DNA of 64,000 nt from a virus. Of this stretch, positions 28,097-36,506 are shown one piece after another; position 1 is the first letter of the stretch; every line of letters starts with the position of its first letter. The stretch is from positions 52,462 to 116,461 of the IMG/VR virus record IMGVR_UViG_3300012984_000014; one strand, written 5' to 3'. The notes below the pieces were generated by a model that saw nothing but the letters and a program-made list of their open reading frames with translations, ran no database searches and was not told the DNA's origin. The position numbers and the translations under genes are program-made.

Positions 28097-28809
28097 AGCT
28101 AGGCGACTTCAAGAAGCGCCTCCGGAGCGCGCCCAAGGAAGAGCCAAAGGAGTGGAAGAAGCCTCTGCCCGTTGAGAGCATGAACTGCCCCGAGTGCCTC
28201 GGGACGGGGAAGGCGGACGCCAAGGTGGGCGAAGGTCCGCCGCTGAGGACGTGCGAGACGTGCGGCGGCTCGGGTCTTCAGCTCTCCGGCGTGCCGAAGC
28301 GCAAGCAGACCAAGAGCGACCGTGCCAAAGAGGTCGCCAAGGCGCTCGACCGCGGCGTGATCAAGGTGCCGGCCGGCACGCGCGTCGAAGCGCTTGGCCC
28401 AATCAAGGGGCGCCGCGCTGACCTCCTGATCATCGACGATCCGATCAAGGAGCGCGGCGAGGTCGATGACGCCGTGGATGCACTCGCACGCTTCCGGGAA
28501 GGCGGAGTGGTCGGCGCAGTCTCTCGCTCGCGCGGCAAGACCACAACGGACTTCATAGAGGACCTCCTGGACACTCTGGGCACAGAGGACAAAGAGCCGG
28601 CGACTACCACGTGCCTGGAGTGCGGCATCTTCGTTCGCCCCCATCATCCGGAGGATCACTGCAACGATTGCTCGCTGGTCACGATGAAAAAGTGCAGGGT
28701 TTGTGCCAAGGAAATGGGACTTTGTTTCAAACACAAGTTCAATCCAGCCTGGATCTGCAAGCCGTGCGCTCGTAAGAAGTTCGCAGAGCGCGGGAAAATG
28801 CCTCTATGA
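28093..28809 (+). CDS. Zn-finger protein with terminase-like motif fragments
   Basis: CPECLGTG, CETCGGSG; GRRADLLIIDDPIK, DDAVDAL, SRSRGKTT; C-terminal Cys cluster. Confidence 0.7.
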   Translation: MKLGDFKKRLRSAPKEEPKEWKKPLPVESMNCPECLGTGKADAKVGEGPPLRTCETCGGSGLQLSGVPKRKQTKSDRAKEVAKALDRGVIKVPAGTRVEALGPIKGRRADLLIIDDPIKERGEVDDAVDALARFREGGVVGAVSRSRGKTTTDFIEDLLDTLGTEDKEPATTTCLECGIFVRPHHPEDHCNDCSLVTMKKCRVCAKEMGLCFKHKFNPAWICKPCARKKFAERGKMPL

Positions 28810-29000
28810 GCATATGGAAGCGCGCGTTCAACTACGTTGCGGACCTATTCGGGGCGCCTCACGTCTTCACCAACTGCCCTCGTTGTGGGAAGCGACACGT
28901 TGACTTCGGTGAATGGGCGTCTCGTCCGCATAGGACGCATCTCTGCGCGGATTGCGGTGCCAAATGGGCCCCGTCCCAACGTCCTACGGTGGGAATTTGA
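28806..29000 (+). CDS. small Zn-ribbon protein
   Basis: CPRCG..H.D..EW..RPHRTHLC..CG. Confidence 0.65.
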   Translation: MSIWKRAFNYVADLFGAPHVFTNCPRCGKRHVDFGEWASRPHRTHLCADCGAKWAPSQRPTVGI

Positions 29001-29806
29001 ATCCAAAACACCCAACGTATGCTCGAATGATCGAGATCGTCCAGAAGAACGAGATCTACAGCTATCAGACGCTGGCCAAGGCCGTCGGAGTTACGATCCA
29101 GAATGCTATGTCTCGCGCCATCGATCTGGAGGTGCGCGGGCGCCTGACTCGCACGCAAAGCGGCGCCTTCGTCGCGCTCTCCTTCCCAGAAGAGCCCAAA
29201 AGCGGCTTGTTTCTGAAGCCGTTGCCGCCTTTGACGAAAGAGAAGCGGACAGAGATGGCCCGACGGTCCTTGTCGAAGATGCAAAAGGAACGGCGCGAAC
29301 AGAAGGAGGCCGCTGCGCGCCCAACGATCCTTCGCGCGGTCATCGAGCAGTCGGAGCTCGTGCTCAGAGGCGCGCCTCCGGACAACCCGGAATTGGGGCG
29401 TTTGATCATCGAGGCCAAGGCGCAGTCGCCGGCCAAACGTCGGACGGCCAAACGCGCTGCCGAGGTTGCCGCAGGACGCGCTCGGTTCGAGGCGTTGGAG
29501 CAAGCGCGTGCAGAGAAGAAAGAAGCTGCGCGCCGTGCCAAAGAGGCAGCAAAGATCGAACGCGCCAAGGCGGCAGAAGAACGGCGCGCCGCGCGTGATG
29601 CTATCGAACGTTTCGAGCGCCAGGAGCGGCGGATCGCTCGCGGAATGAAGTCAGGACGGAGCAAATACTGCCGTGTCTGCGAAGGATTGGGCGAGCGTCG
29701 GCCGAAAGACGCGCCGTGCCCAGGATGTGGTGAAGCGTACGAGCGCGAAGTGATTGAAATCAGCGTCTCGGGGTTCTCGTCGCTAGCTACGTTCGATGCC
29801 CACTGA
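28997..29806 (+). CDS. winged-HTH, coiled-coil and Zn-finger protein
   Basis: TLAKAVGVTIQNAMSRAIDLEVRGRL HTH-like; CRVC..CPGC; TTG start in a TTGA overlap. Confidence 0.6.
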   Translation: MNPKHPTYARMIEIVQKNEIYSYQTLAKAVGVTIQNAMSRAIDLEVRGRLTRTQSGAFVALSFPEEPKSGLFLKPLPPLTKEKRTEMARRSLSKMQKERREQKEAAARPTILRAVIEQSELVLRGAPPDNPELGRLIIEAKAQSPAKRRTAKRAAEVAAGRARFEALEQARAEKKEAARRAKEAAKIERAKAAEERRAARDAIERFERQERRIARGMKSGRSKYCRVCEGLGERRPKDAPCPGCGEAYEREVIEISVSGFSSLATFDAH

Positions 29807-30137
29807 AGAGCACGACTACAACTGCGCGCGCTGCCATCGTCCCGTCAGCTTCCACCCGTTCGCTGATTGCCCAACGCCGGACGTCCTCGCGCGCAGACCA
29901 CGGCCAACGCCGGCCGCGTCGTTCCTTCAGCTGATGGCGCTGACCGCCATCGCCAGCTCGCGCCTCGCCGGCCCGGTCCGCCCCGACTTTGCTCCGACCA
30001 TCGTGTTGGCCTCGTACCGTGGACCGCAGCCCGAGCCCAAGCCGGTCGTTCCGCGCTCGAAGATGCGAACGCCCGAAGAGAACGAGCGGCGCAAGAAGCG
30101 CAAGGCCCAACGCCGCTCCCGGAAAGGACGCCGATGA
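29796..30137 (+). CDS. hypothetical basic protein
   Basis: N-terminal Cys/His, Arg-rich C-terminus; ATGA overlap. Confidence 0.55.
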   Translation: MPTEEHDYNCARCHRPVSFHPFADCPTPDVLARRPRPTPAASFLQLMALTAIASSRLAGPVRPDFAPTIVLASYRGPQPEPKPVVPRSKMRTPEENERRKKRKAQRRSRKGRR

Positions 30138-30406
30138 CACTCGACCATATCAACGCCGTGTTCGAGGGCGGGAGCGCGCTCTTCATTGCCTCGAACGTCC
30201 GCCGGCTGCACCTCGACAAGAAGCTGTCGGGCGTCAACATCCTGCCCACAATCTGGTTCAGCATTTGGGGCTTCTGGAATCTGTTCTACTATTTCGGGCT
30301 GTCGCAGTGGTACAGCTGGTCAATGGGAGCGCTGGTGTTCTGGGCGAACACCACATGGGTCGTGCTCGCGTTGGTCTATCGTCGGCGTGCCAAGGTGCAA
30401 TCGTGA
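30134..30406 (+). CDS. SemiSWEET/PQ-loop-like three-TM membrane protein
   Basis: 90 aa, three hydrophobic helices, NVRRL..DK...GV, WG.WNL.YY. Confidence 0.55.
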   Translation: MTLDHINAVFEGGSALFIASNVRRLHLDKKLSGVNILPTIWFSIWGFWNLFYYFGLSQWYSWSMGALVFWANTTWVVLALVYRRRAKVQS

Positions 30407-30642
30407 GAGGCGAAGCGCTCGGGAAGGCGCTCGCCAACGACACGTTCGTGGACTTGCTAACGCTGGCCATCGACGACAAGGACCTGATCGCTGAATTCGA
30501 TCGGCTCAAGGGTCACAATCTGAGTCGCGTCGGAACACCACTAGATCTGATGATCGACGATTCGACAGGCAGAACCGAGCAGGCCCTGGACGACTTCACC
30601 GACTTCGTTTGGGACCTATCGCAGCGCATTCCGCCGCCATGA
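30403..30642 (+). CDS. small acidic protein
   Basis: GTGA/ATGA overlaps. Confidence 0.6.
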   Translation: MRGEALGKALANDTFVDLLTLAIDDKDLIAEFDRLKGHNLSRVGTPLDLMIDDSTGRTEQALDDFTDFVWDLSQRIPPP

Positions 30643-31457
30643 AGTTGGACGAACTTCGGCGCCAGTTCCGGAAGCGGACGCAGGAGGAGATCTGCGCCGA
30701 GGTGGAGAACTTCATCGCGCGCAAGCGGACCAAGATCCTGGAGCGCTGCGACTGCGGCCACCTGGTAGAGGAGCATTCCGGCCCGGACGAGCGCGCGACG
30801 TTACGCGGCACGAAGCCTGAGCTGCCGATCGGCTATTGCTACCACTGCCCTTGCACGCGGCATAATCCGATGCCGGAGCGAACCGAAGAGCTGCCCGTGA
30901 CGCTCGACCTGGACAAGGCGCGGGCCGACGCAGCCGAGACGCTACCGCTGCCAAAGGGCACGGAAGGCGCTTTTCCGGACACGACGGCTGACAAGCGCTT
31001 CGCTGAAGAATACCTGGGCGAGTTCCCCGCCGCAGAGCCTTGGGAATCGCTTCGGATCCCGTTCCCAACGCTTGTTGACGCTACGCGCGGCGACAGCAAA
31101 GTCGCCAAGACGCTTCTTGGCACGCACGCCTTGTGGGTTCCAGCAGGCGCCGAATACAAAGCGTCGGAAGCCGATCTGGTCCAGCTGAAGGGATTCTTCC
31201 ACGGCGGCGAGGTGGGCGATCTACACTTCACCGTTTGGGACGGCCGGCGTGACAGGTCTGGTCAACCAGTGCTGGTGGATGTTGGCGCGAAGCACCTTTA
31301 CATCGTCGAGCACGAGCGGTGCCCATACGAATACGTTGGCGACCGCTCCGGATCACACGCCTCTTTTCGTCGCGGTATTGATTGCCGCTTCTGCAAGAAT
31401 TTGGGGCGTGTGATCAGCTTGAAGTCGGCTCGTCTTCTACCTAGCAAAAAAGCATGA
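30639..31457 (+). CDS. hypothetical protein with Cys/His clusters
   Basis: C.CGH..EEH...C..CPC and C-terminal CRFC; overlaps. Confidence 0.65.
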   Translation: MKLDELRRQFRKRTQEEICAEVENFIARKRTKILERCDCGHLVEEHSGPDERATLRGTKPELPIGYCYHCPCTRHNPMPERTEELPVTLDLDKARADAAETLPLPKGTEGAFPDTTADKRFAEEYLGEFPAAEPWESLRIPFPTLVDATRGDSKVAKTLLGTHALWVPAGAEYKASEADLVQLKGFFHGGEVGDLHFTVWDGRRDRSGQPVLVDVGAKHLYIVEHERCPYEYVGDRSGSHASFRRGIDCRFCKNLGRVISLKSARLLPSKKA

Positions 31458-31984
31458 AGATCAGTGAATTCAAGGATCGAGCGCGCGGCGGCGAATTGAA
31501 CTCACCGCTCGTTTCCAGGCGCAAAGTACGCTGGAAAGGGCTTCATATTGGGGTCGATCCTGCTTCTGGCCCGAGTGAAAAAGTTGCTTTCGCCATCGAC
31601 GATCCGCTGGACCGATTGTTCGACCCCGACTTGCCACTTACCGGCGGACCAAAAAAGGGGCGCATTCTCTCTCCAGAGACGCCCACGATGAATGTCAAAA
31701 AACTTCCAAGGCCAGAGGTCGATGCGAGCAAGCTAGACCGCGCGCGCTCCAAGATTGATGATTGGGAGTCTATGGAAGACGACTTGCCATATGTGGCAAT
31801 CGACAAAGGCGGACGCGCGATGACCTGTAGTACTTGCGAGGGTTCGCTCGGCGATCTCGACGTCTTCTGCCCGCGTTGCATGGTGCGCGTAACGCCAGTC
31901 CGTTGTGGCTGCGATTCTACGTGGGACGGGCCGCGCGCCGATTGCGAGCGTTGCGGCGGAACGGGAGTTTGCAAATCAAAATGA
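31454..31984 (+). CDS. Zn-finger protein with terminase-like motif fragments
   Basis: HIGVDPASG and AIDDPLD; C-terminal multi-CxxC ending CERCGGTG. Confidence 0.65.
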   Translation: MKISEFKDRARGGELNSPLVSRRKVRWKGLHIGVDPASGPSEKVAFAIDDPLDRLFDPDLPLTGGPKKGRILSPETPTMNVKKLPRPEVDASKLDRARSKIDDWESMEDDLPYVAIDKGGRAMTCSTCEGSLGDLDVFCPRCMVRVTPVRCGCDSTWDGPRADCERCGGTGVCKSK

Positions 31985-31988
31985 CCAA

Positions 31989-32059
31989 AAAAATCCACAA
32001 AATGGTTTTGAAAAGCGTTGCATACATGATATTTGAAGTTTGAAATTTTGTGGATTTTT
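31989..32059. repeat. 15-bp perfect inverted repeat AAAAATCCACAAAAT/ATTTTGTGGATTTTT
   Basis: Arms 31989-32003 and 32045-32059; 41-nt AT-rich loop. Confidence 0.85.
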
Positions 32060-32326
32060 GTCTGGATTTCAACTTGGAATTTGGTTGCAAAATGGCTCGA
32101 AAAATGGCCTGGAAATCAGTCTGAATTTGGTCCCAAAATGGCGCTGAAAATGGCCTGAAATTGCCGCCGAGTTTGGGTTGGAAATGCAGCCGAAAAAGCC
32201 TCGGAATTGCCAGCGAAAAGCCCTCCCGAATTTGGAGCGAAAAGACCTCGGAATTCCGTCCGAAAACGCCTGCAGAATCAGGCGCGGATTCCAACGAAAA
32301 ACCAGGCCTAAATGCATCGCGAATTA
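32043..32326. repeat. phased A/T-tract array (about 11.6-bp period; degenerate 23-24-bp tandem unit)
   Basis: 25 GA(A/T)n-type tracts counted by eye from 32043 to 32322. Confidence 0.8.
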
Positions 32327-32735
32327 GCCCTAGGCGCGCTCGGAGTTGGAAGCCTATATATAGCGCTCCGCGCCCGCGTTGCCCTGTGAATGTGTGCACA
32401 GAAAACGGCTCGAATTTAACGCACACACTTGTGAATAGGCAGAATTTGTGCCTTTGAAAGTCAGAATCGCTCGGATTCGCCGCGCAACCACCACACACAC
32501 AAAAGCGGCCGACCGACCTGATTTTTGCAGATTCCTGGCTAATTTTCCAAATTTGCCGTTGCTGAGCCAGAATTTGGCAGAATTCGGCAGCGACGCGACG
32601 GAACGTCCCTCTGCATGGGACCGCTCCGACTCGGCCACGAGTCCGCCCGGCTAGCTTCCGCGGATTGCCCGTAAGAGGCGGAACGGGCCGCGACTCCGAG
32701 CGCTACCGCCCACGGCAGGCGGATCCAGCCTAATA

Positions 32736-32806
32736 TCCACAAAGTTGAGAAAAAGAACGGCGCTACCAAAAAAGTTCTCGACTTGTGGAAGCAGAAGCCT
32801 TATGGT
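32736..32806 (+). promoter_or_regulatory. promoter-module copy 5
   Basis: TCCACA(32736)..42..TGTGGA(32784); TCGACT(32778)-17-TATGGT(32801). Confidence 0.8.
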
Positions 32807-32859
32807 CTCTCCTGTCGCCGAACGAACCGGCGGGAAGCCGCCCCGAAGGAGAGAAGACG

Positions 32860-33201
32860 ATGGAAAAAGCCGAAAAAGTGGTAGAAGCCGTGAAGTTTGC
32901 CCCGTTCCAGTCGACCGATTGGATGGGTTACGCCGGGTGCGAGGCGTTTCCGGACGGCTCCGAGCCGATTATTGGCTACCTCGAAGTGGACGGGAACCTC
33001 GCGGTGGCGATTCTCGACGGAATCGGCCTCGGGGTCCACGTGGAAGTTCCGACGGGTGACGACGAAGAGATGCACGAGGAGACGGAAACGGAGGAGTATT
33101 ACTGGGACGGGCCCGCGGCCGGAGGGCGCGCCCTCGCGTTCCTTCGCCCGGAGATGGCCTCCGGAGATCTACTCGCCCTAAACCCCACGGTGAAGCCGTG
33201 A
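32860..33201 (+). CDS. small highly acidic protein
   Basis: GAAGGAG SD; 23 D/E vs 6 K/R in 113 aa. Confidence 0.75.
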   Translation: MEKAEKVVEAVKFAPFQSTDWMGYAGCEAFPDGSEPIIGYLEVDGNLAVAILDGIGLGVHVEVPTGDDEEMHEETETEEYYWDGPAAGGRALAFLRPEMASGDLLALNPTVKP

Positions 33202-33572
33202 GCGCGAAGAAAGCGGTTTCCCATTCGTGGGAGGATTCGCGAACGGTCGTTTTCTCGGCGCGCGCTACCACCCACAGCCGGGCGTTCTCCGGCTCCGCTC
33301 GCCTAGTCGCCTACACGGGAAGCGACCCCAAGATCGGAGGGGCCGCGCTCGTTTCGTTCGTCGAGCCGGAGGCCAAATCGGCCGTCCAGCTGATGTGCTC
33401 CTACTCGGGAGGGGTCGCGGAAGCGGTCCTAGTCGCGGCCGGCCTCCGGAAGACGCTGAAGCTCGCCCCGATCTCGGCCGCGTACGCGGACCTAGGCGGG
33501 CCGGTCGGAATCGCAGAGGATTCGCTACGGGACGGGACGGGAGTCTTCAAGATCGTCTTCTATCGGCGCTAG
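33198..33572 (+). CDS. hypothetical protein
   Basis: GTGA overlap; ends just before promoter copy 6. Confidence 0.65.
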   Translation: MSAKKAVSHSWEDSRTVVFSARATTHSRAFSGSARLVAYTGSDPKIGGAALVSFVEPEAKSAVQLMCSYSGGVAEAVLVAAGLRKTLKLAPISAAYADLGGPVGIAEDSLRDGTGVFKIVFYRR

Positions 33573-33581
33573 CCACAATCT

Positions 33582-33652
33582 TCCACCAACTACAAAAAAG
33601 ATTGGTGGAAGGCAAAAAAGTTCTCGATTTGTGGAAGCAGAAGCCGTACTTA
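33582..33652 (+). promoter_or_regulatory. promoter-module copy 6
   Basis: TCCACC(33582)..42..TGTGGA(33630); TCGATT(33624)-17-TACTTA(33647). Confidence 0.75.
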
Positions 33653-33658
33653 TAGGGC

Positions 33659-33817
33659 ATGGACGCCGAAACCCGCCGAGCCCCCGAAGAAACCGGAACC
33701 GACTCCACGCCCGTCGCGATGGGAACGATCGGCTTCGATTGGTACCTAGCGGCCATCGGCTTCTCGCCCGAGGCGCTTCGCGCGGCTCGCGTCCCCTCCT
33801 TCCAAGAAAGCCTCTGA
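33659..33817 (+). CDS. 52-aa protein (probably leaderless)
   Basis: Hand-translated MDAETRRAPEETGTDSTPVAMGTIGFDWYLAAIGFSPEALRAARVPSFQESL*. Confidence 0.55.
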   Translation: MDAETRRAPEETGTDSTPVAMGTIGFDWYLAAIGFSPEALRAARVPSFQESL

Positions 33818-33818
33818 A

Positions 33819-34034
33819 ATGACCACCGACACCCTCCTAGTCCAAGCGATCAAGGACTCTCTCCACCTCCGCGTTCGGAAGCACCTAGAGATCTGGAAAA
33901 CGGTCAGCGCGCGCTACCCGGATGTGGCCTATGAGCGCTTCGACCGGATGATGGGGAAGCTCGAAATGGACGAAGTCATCACTTTGACCGGTTCGCGCGG
34001 CCCGAACGCCTACAAACTCCAAGGAGAAGCGTGA
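33819..34034 (+). CDS. small protein, possible winged helix
   Basis: 71 aa; GTGA overlap. Confidence 0.6.
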   Translation: MTTDTLLVQAIKDSLHLRVRKHLEIWKTVSARYPDVAYERFDRMMGKLEMDEVITLTGSRGPNAYKLQGEA

Positions 34035-34360
34035 AAATGGCCTCTATTAGCGATCTAGCTAGCTCGGAAGTCACTCGGCTCGTGGCCGATAACTTCAAAA
34101 AGACCCAGCGCGGCCCTCGCCCTGCCGGCGCTCCCTTCGTGGACGTCGCCTTCATCCCCGGGCGAAAGAAGGCCGTCCTAGTCCTCGTCAACGGAGAGGG
34201 CGCGGACGAGTACAGGCGCGGGAAGACTTTCGCCGCGACCCTAACCACGAAAGGCTGGAAGCCGCTCCCGGCGATGAACGCGCTTTCCGGAAAGAAGATC
34301 TACACGGACGCGGAAGCGGCCGAGGCCGTTCGCGCCCTCTTCGCGGCGGTCGAACGATGA
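34031..34360 (+). CDS. hypothetical protein
   Basis: AAGGAG SD; overlaps. Confidence 0.65.
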   Translation: MKMASISDLASSEVTRLVADNFKKTQRGPRPAGAPFVDVAFIPGRKKAVLVLVNGEGADEYRRGKTFAATLTTKGWKPLPAMNALSGKKIYTDAEAAEAVRALFAAVER

Positions 34361-34566
34361 GCGCGCGGTTCGTAGGCGTTAAGCGCACGAGAAGCCACGT
34401 AGGCGCGCCGCTACCGCCCCACATGGCCCACGCTCCGACGCTCTCCAAGGGCGCGCGGAAGGGCGCTCCGGAGCCGGCTAGCGCGCTCCTTCCGGACGGA
34501 ACGGAAGGCCCGAAGGAGGGCGAAGACTTCGTGGAATGGTTCCTCCGGCGCGAAGGCGCCAAATAA
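34357..34566 (+). CDS. hypothetical protein
   Basis: ATGA overlap; stop abuts promoter copy 7. Confidence 0.55.
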   Translation: MSARFVGVKRTRSHVGAPLPPHMAHAPTLSKGARKGAPEPASALLPDGTEGPKEGEDFVEWFLRREGAK

Positions 34567-34637
34567 TCCACAGTTTCCAAAAAAGATTGGGACGCTACAA
34601 AAAAGTTCTCGACTTGTGGAAGCATCGGGCCTATACC
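34567..34637 (+). promoter_or_regulatory. promoter-module copy 7
   Basis: TCCACA(34567)..42..TGTGGA(34615); TCGACT(34609)-17-TATACC(34632). Confidence 0.8.
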
Positions 34638-34645
34638 TACTTTCG

Positions 34646-34780
34646 ATGAAGAACACGACCAACCCGAAGCTAACCGCCCTCCGAATCCAAGCGCGCACCG
34701 CCCTCCGATTGGCCCAAAAGGCCCAAATGGCCGAACTCAATGCGAAAGCCGCCAAAAACGAGAAAGGTTCCAGCAAATGA
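34646..34780 (+). CDS. 44-aa basic helical peptide (probably leaderless)
   Basis: Hand-translated MKNTTNPKLTALRIQARTALRLAQKAQMAELNAKAAKNEKGSSK*; ATGA overlap. Confidence 0.55.
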   Translation: MKNTTNPKLTALRIQARTALRLAQKAQMAELNAKAAKNEKGSSK

Positions 34781-35226
34781 CCCTCCCGATCCAGACCCTA
34801 AACGCCATCGACTCCATCGCCTCTAGCGCTATCGCCACCGAAGTCCTCATCAAGCGCGCGCGCCAAGGGCGCTTCCGCTTCTATGGGTGGGAATACGCCA
34901 CCGCGAAGGTCACCCGCGTCACTAAAGCTCGCATTTTCGTCAAGGGAACGTGGGAAGGGGCAAGCGAGCGCGAGTTCAACCGCTCGGACCTCATCGAACG
35001 ATCCGGAGAAAAGTTCAACCGCGCAGAGCTCATCGTCGACCCCGAGCTCATCGCGAAAGCGCGCGCCGAAGAGGCGGCCGAGAAGGCCCGTCGAGCCCTC
35101 GAACAAAATGGTCTAGTCGCCCTCCTAGGCATCCGGAAGCTCTTCGACGAAGACGCCATCAAGGGCCGCTCGGACGGAGAGATACAGGCCCTTATCGCGG
35201 CCGCGGCCGACCTAGGTGTCCTGTGA
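34777..35226 (+). CDS. hypothetical protein
   Basis: 149 aa; overlaps on both sides. Confidence 0.7.
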   Translation: MTLPIQTLNAIDSIASSAIATEVLIKRARQGRFRFYGWEYATAKVTRVTKARIFVKGTWEGASEREFNRSDLIERSGEKFNRAELIVDPELIAKARAEEAAEKARRALEQNGLVALLGIRKLFDEDAIKGRSDGEIQALIAAAADLGVL

Positions 35227-35450
35227 AGCTCATCCCGGTCGGGAACGTCCGGAAGGGCGACCGCCTACGCGCCTCCGACGAGTCGAAAGAGCTTAAAACC
35301 GTGGCATACGTCGCCAACGCGCGCGTATCCGGCTACAAAGTGGCGGTATTCGAGGACGGCTCCCAGCGGGCGCTCGGGCACCGGACGGGGTTTGCCACAG
35401 TCTACCCGGCCGAGCCCGTCGCGGAATCTCCACAAAACCTACACAAGTAG
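35223..35450 (+). CDS. small beta-rich protein
   Basis: GTG start in a GTGA overlap; V.NVRKGDRL. Confidence 0.55.
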   Translation: MKLIPVGNVRKGDRLRASDESKELKTVAYVANARVSGYKVAVFEDGSQRALGHRTGFATVYPAEPVAESPQNLHK

Positions 35451-35510
35451 GTATAAAAGTTCCACACCTCCAAAAAAGTTCTCGACTTGTGGAAGCAGCG
35501 GACGTATACC
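35440..35510 (+). promoter_or_regulatory. promoter-module copy 8
   Basis: TACACA(35440)..42 and TCCACA(35461)..21..TGTGGA(35488); TCGACT(35482)-17-TATACC(35505). Confidence 0.8.
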
Positions 35511-35517
35511 TATCTAC

Positions 35518-35736
35518 ATGGACAACACCACCGCCACCGAGTCGACCGAAACCGCCACCGCTCGCGCCCAAGGCATCGCCATCGCCAACGACCGTTGCTG
35601 GACGAAAGACCAGCTAATCGCGATGGCCACCTACGGATTCAAGGGCTCGACGGGCTACCCGGAGGGCTCCGACCTCCACTTTGTGGTCCTCTGCGCCGCG
35701 AACGACGAAGCCAAGCGCCTTACGGCCGGTTTCTGA
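35518..35736 (+). CDS. 72-aa protein (probably leaderless)
   Basis: ATG 7 nt after the -10; MDNTTATESTETAT... Confidence 0.65.
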   Translation: MDNTTATESTETATARAQGIAIANDRCWTKDQLIAMATYGFKGSTGYPEGSDLHFVVLCAANDEAKRLTAGF

Positions 35737-35800
35737 AAGCCGCCTGCCGCGCCGATTCGCCTCCGCGCCTCCCGGCCCGGGGGCTTTCGGCGTTAGGAGA
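35735..35800 (+). other. conserved intergenic structured element, copy A
   Basis: TCGCCTCCGCGCC...GGCTTTCGGCGTTAG shared with 36756-36796. Confidence 0.55.
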
Positions 35801-35808
35801 CCACATAA

Positions 35809-36237
35809 ATGTCCAAATATAGCGTCCGCTACGTCCACAAGATCGCGCCCTCCACGAACGACACAGGCCCGGACGTCGAGATCCCCAACGGGGCGTTCTC
35901 GGACTCGAAGACCCTAGCGTCCGTCCTACGCGCGGCCGGCGTACTCGCCTCTGGCGCGCGGGTGGCTACGTTCCGCGTAGAGGGCGATAAAACCATCGTC
36001 TTCCCGTTCCTTCCCGGTTCCACCACCTATTGGCACGCGGTGATTCTAGGCCCAGTAGCGGTCCAGGAATCGCCCAAGGCCTCGATCACTCCAGAATTCG
36101 AGAATCAGTGCCTTTCGATCGGTCGGGAGTTCCTTCCCGCGGTCGCCATCCAGGTATTGGAAAACGGCGGCACGAATTCGCCCGAGGAACAGGCCGAATA
36201 CGAGGCTTGGCTCCGCTCCCAATTGGAGGCGTCGTGA
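35809..36237 (+). CDS. hypothetical protein
   Basis: AGGAG SD; 142 aa. Confidence 0.7.
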   Translation: MSKYSVRYVHKIAPSTNDTGPDVEIPNGAFSDSKTLASVLRAAGVLASGARVATFRVEGDKTIVFPFLPGSTTYWHAVILGPVAVQESPKASITPEFENQCLSIGREFLPAVAIQVLENGGTNSPEEQAEYEAWLRSQLEAS

Positions 36238-36419
36238 AACGCCTCCTGGGCATTACGGTCGCCCGGGCCATCGTCTCGGGCGACGTCGATCGGGCGAGGC
36301 GGGAAGCGGGCGGAAGGCGCTCGTGGACCGTTCCCGAGGCGCGCGCGATTGTCGGCGCGTGTCGAGCGGCTCGCGCTCGCTTCCCGGGGTGCGCCGTCGA
36401 TTCACGCGAGTTCTTTTAG
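36234..36419 (+). CDS. small Arg-rich protein
   Basis: GGAGG SD; GTGA overlap. Confidence 0.5.
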   Translation: MKRLLGITVARAIVSGDVDRARREAGGRRSWTVPEARAIVGACRAARARFPGCAVDSREFF

Positions 36420-36428
36420 AGCCTACTT

Positions 36429-36499
36429 TCCACAAAGTAGATATAATCGACCGCGCCTACAAAAAAAGTCTCGACTTGTGGAAGCAACGGCCGTATACC
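36429..36499 (+). promoter_or_regulatory. promoter-module copy 9
   Basis: TCCACA(36429)..42..TGTGGA(36477); TCGACT(36471)-17-TATACC(36494). Confidence 0.8.
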
Positions 36500-36506
36500 T
36501 ATCTAC

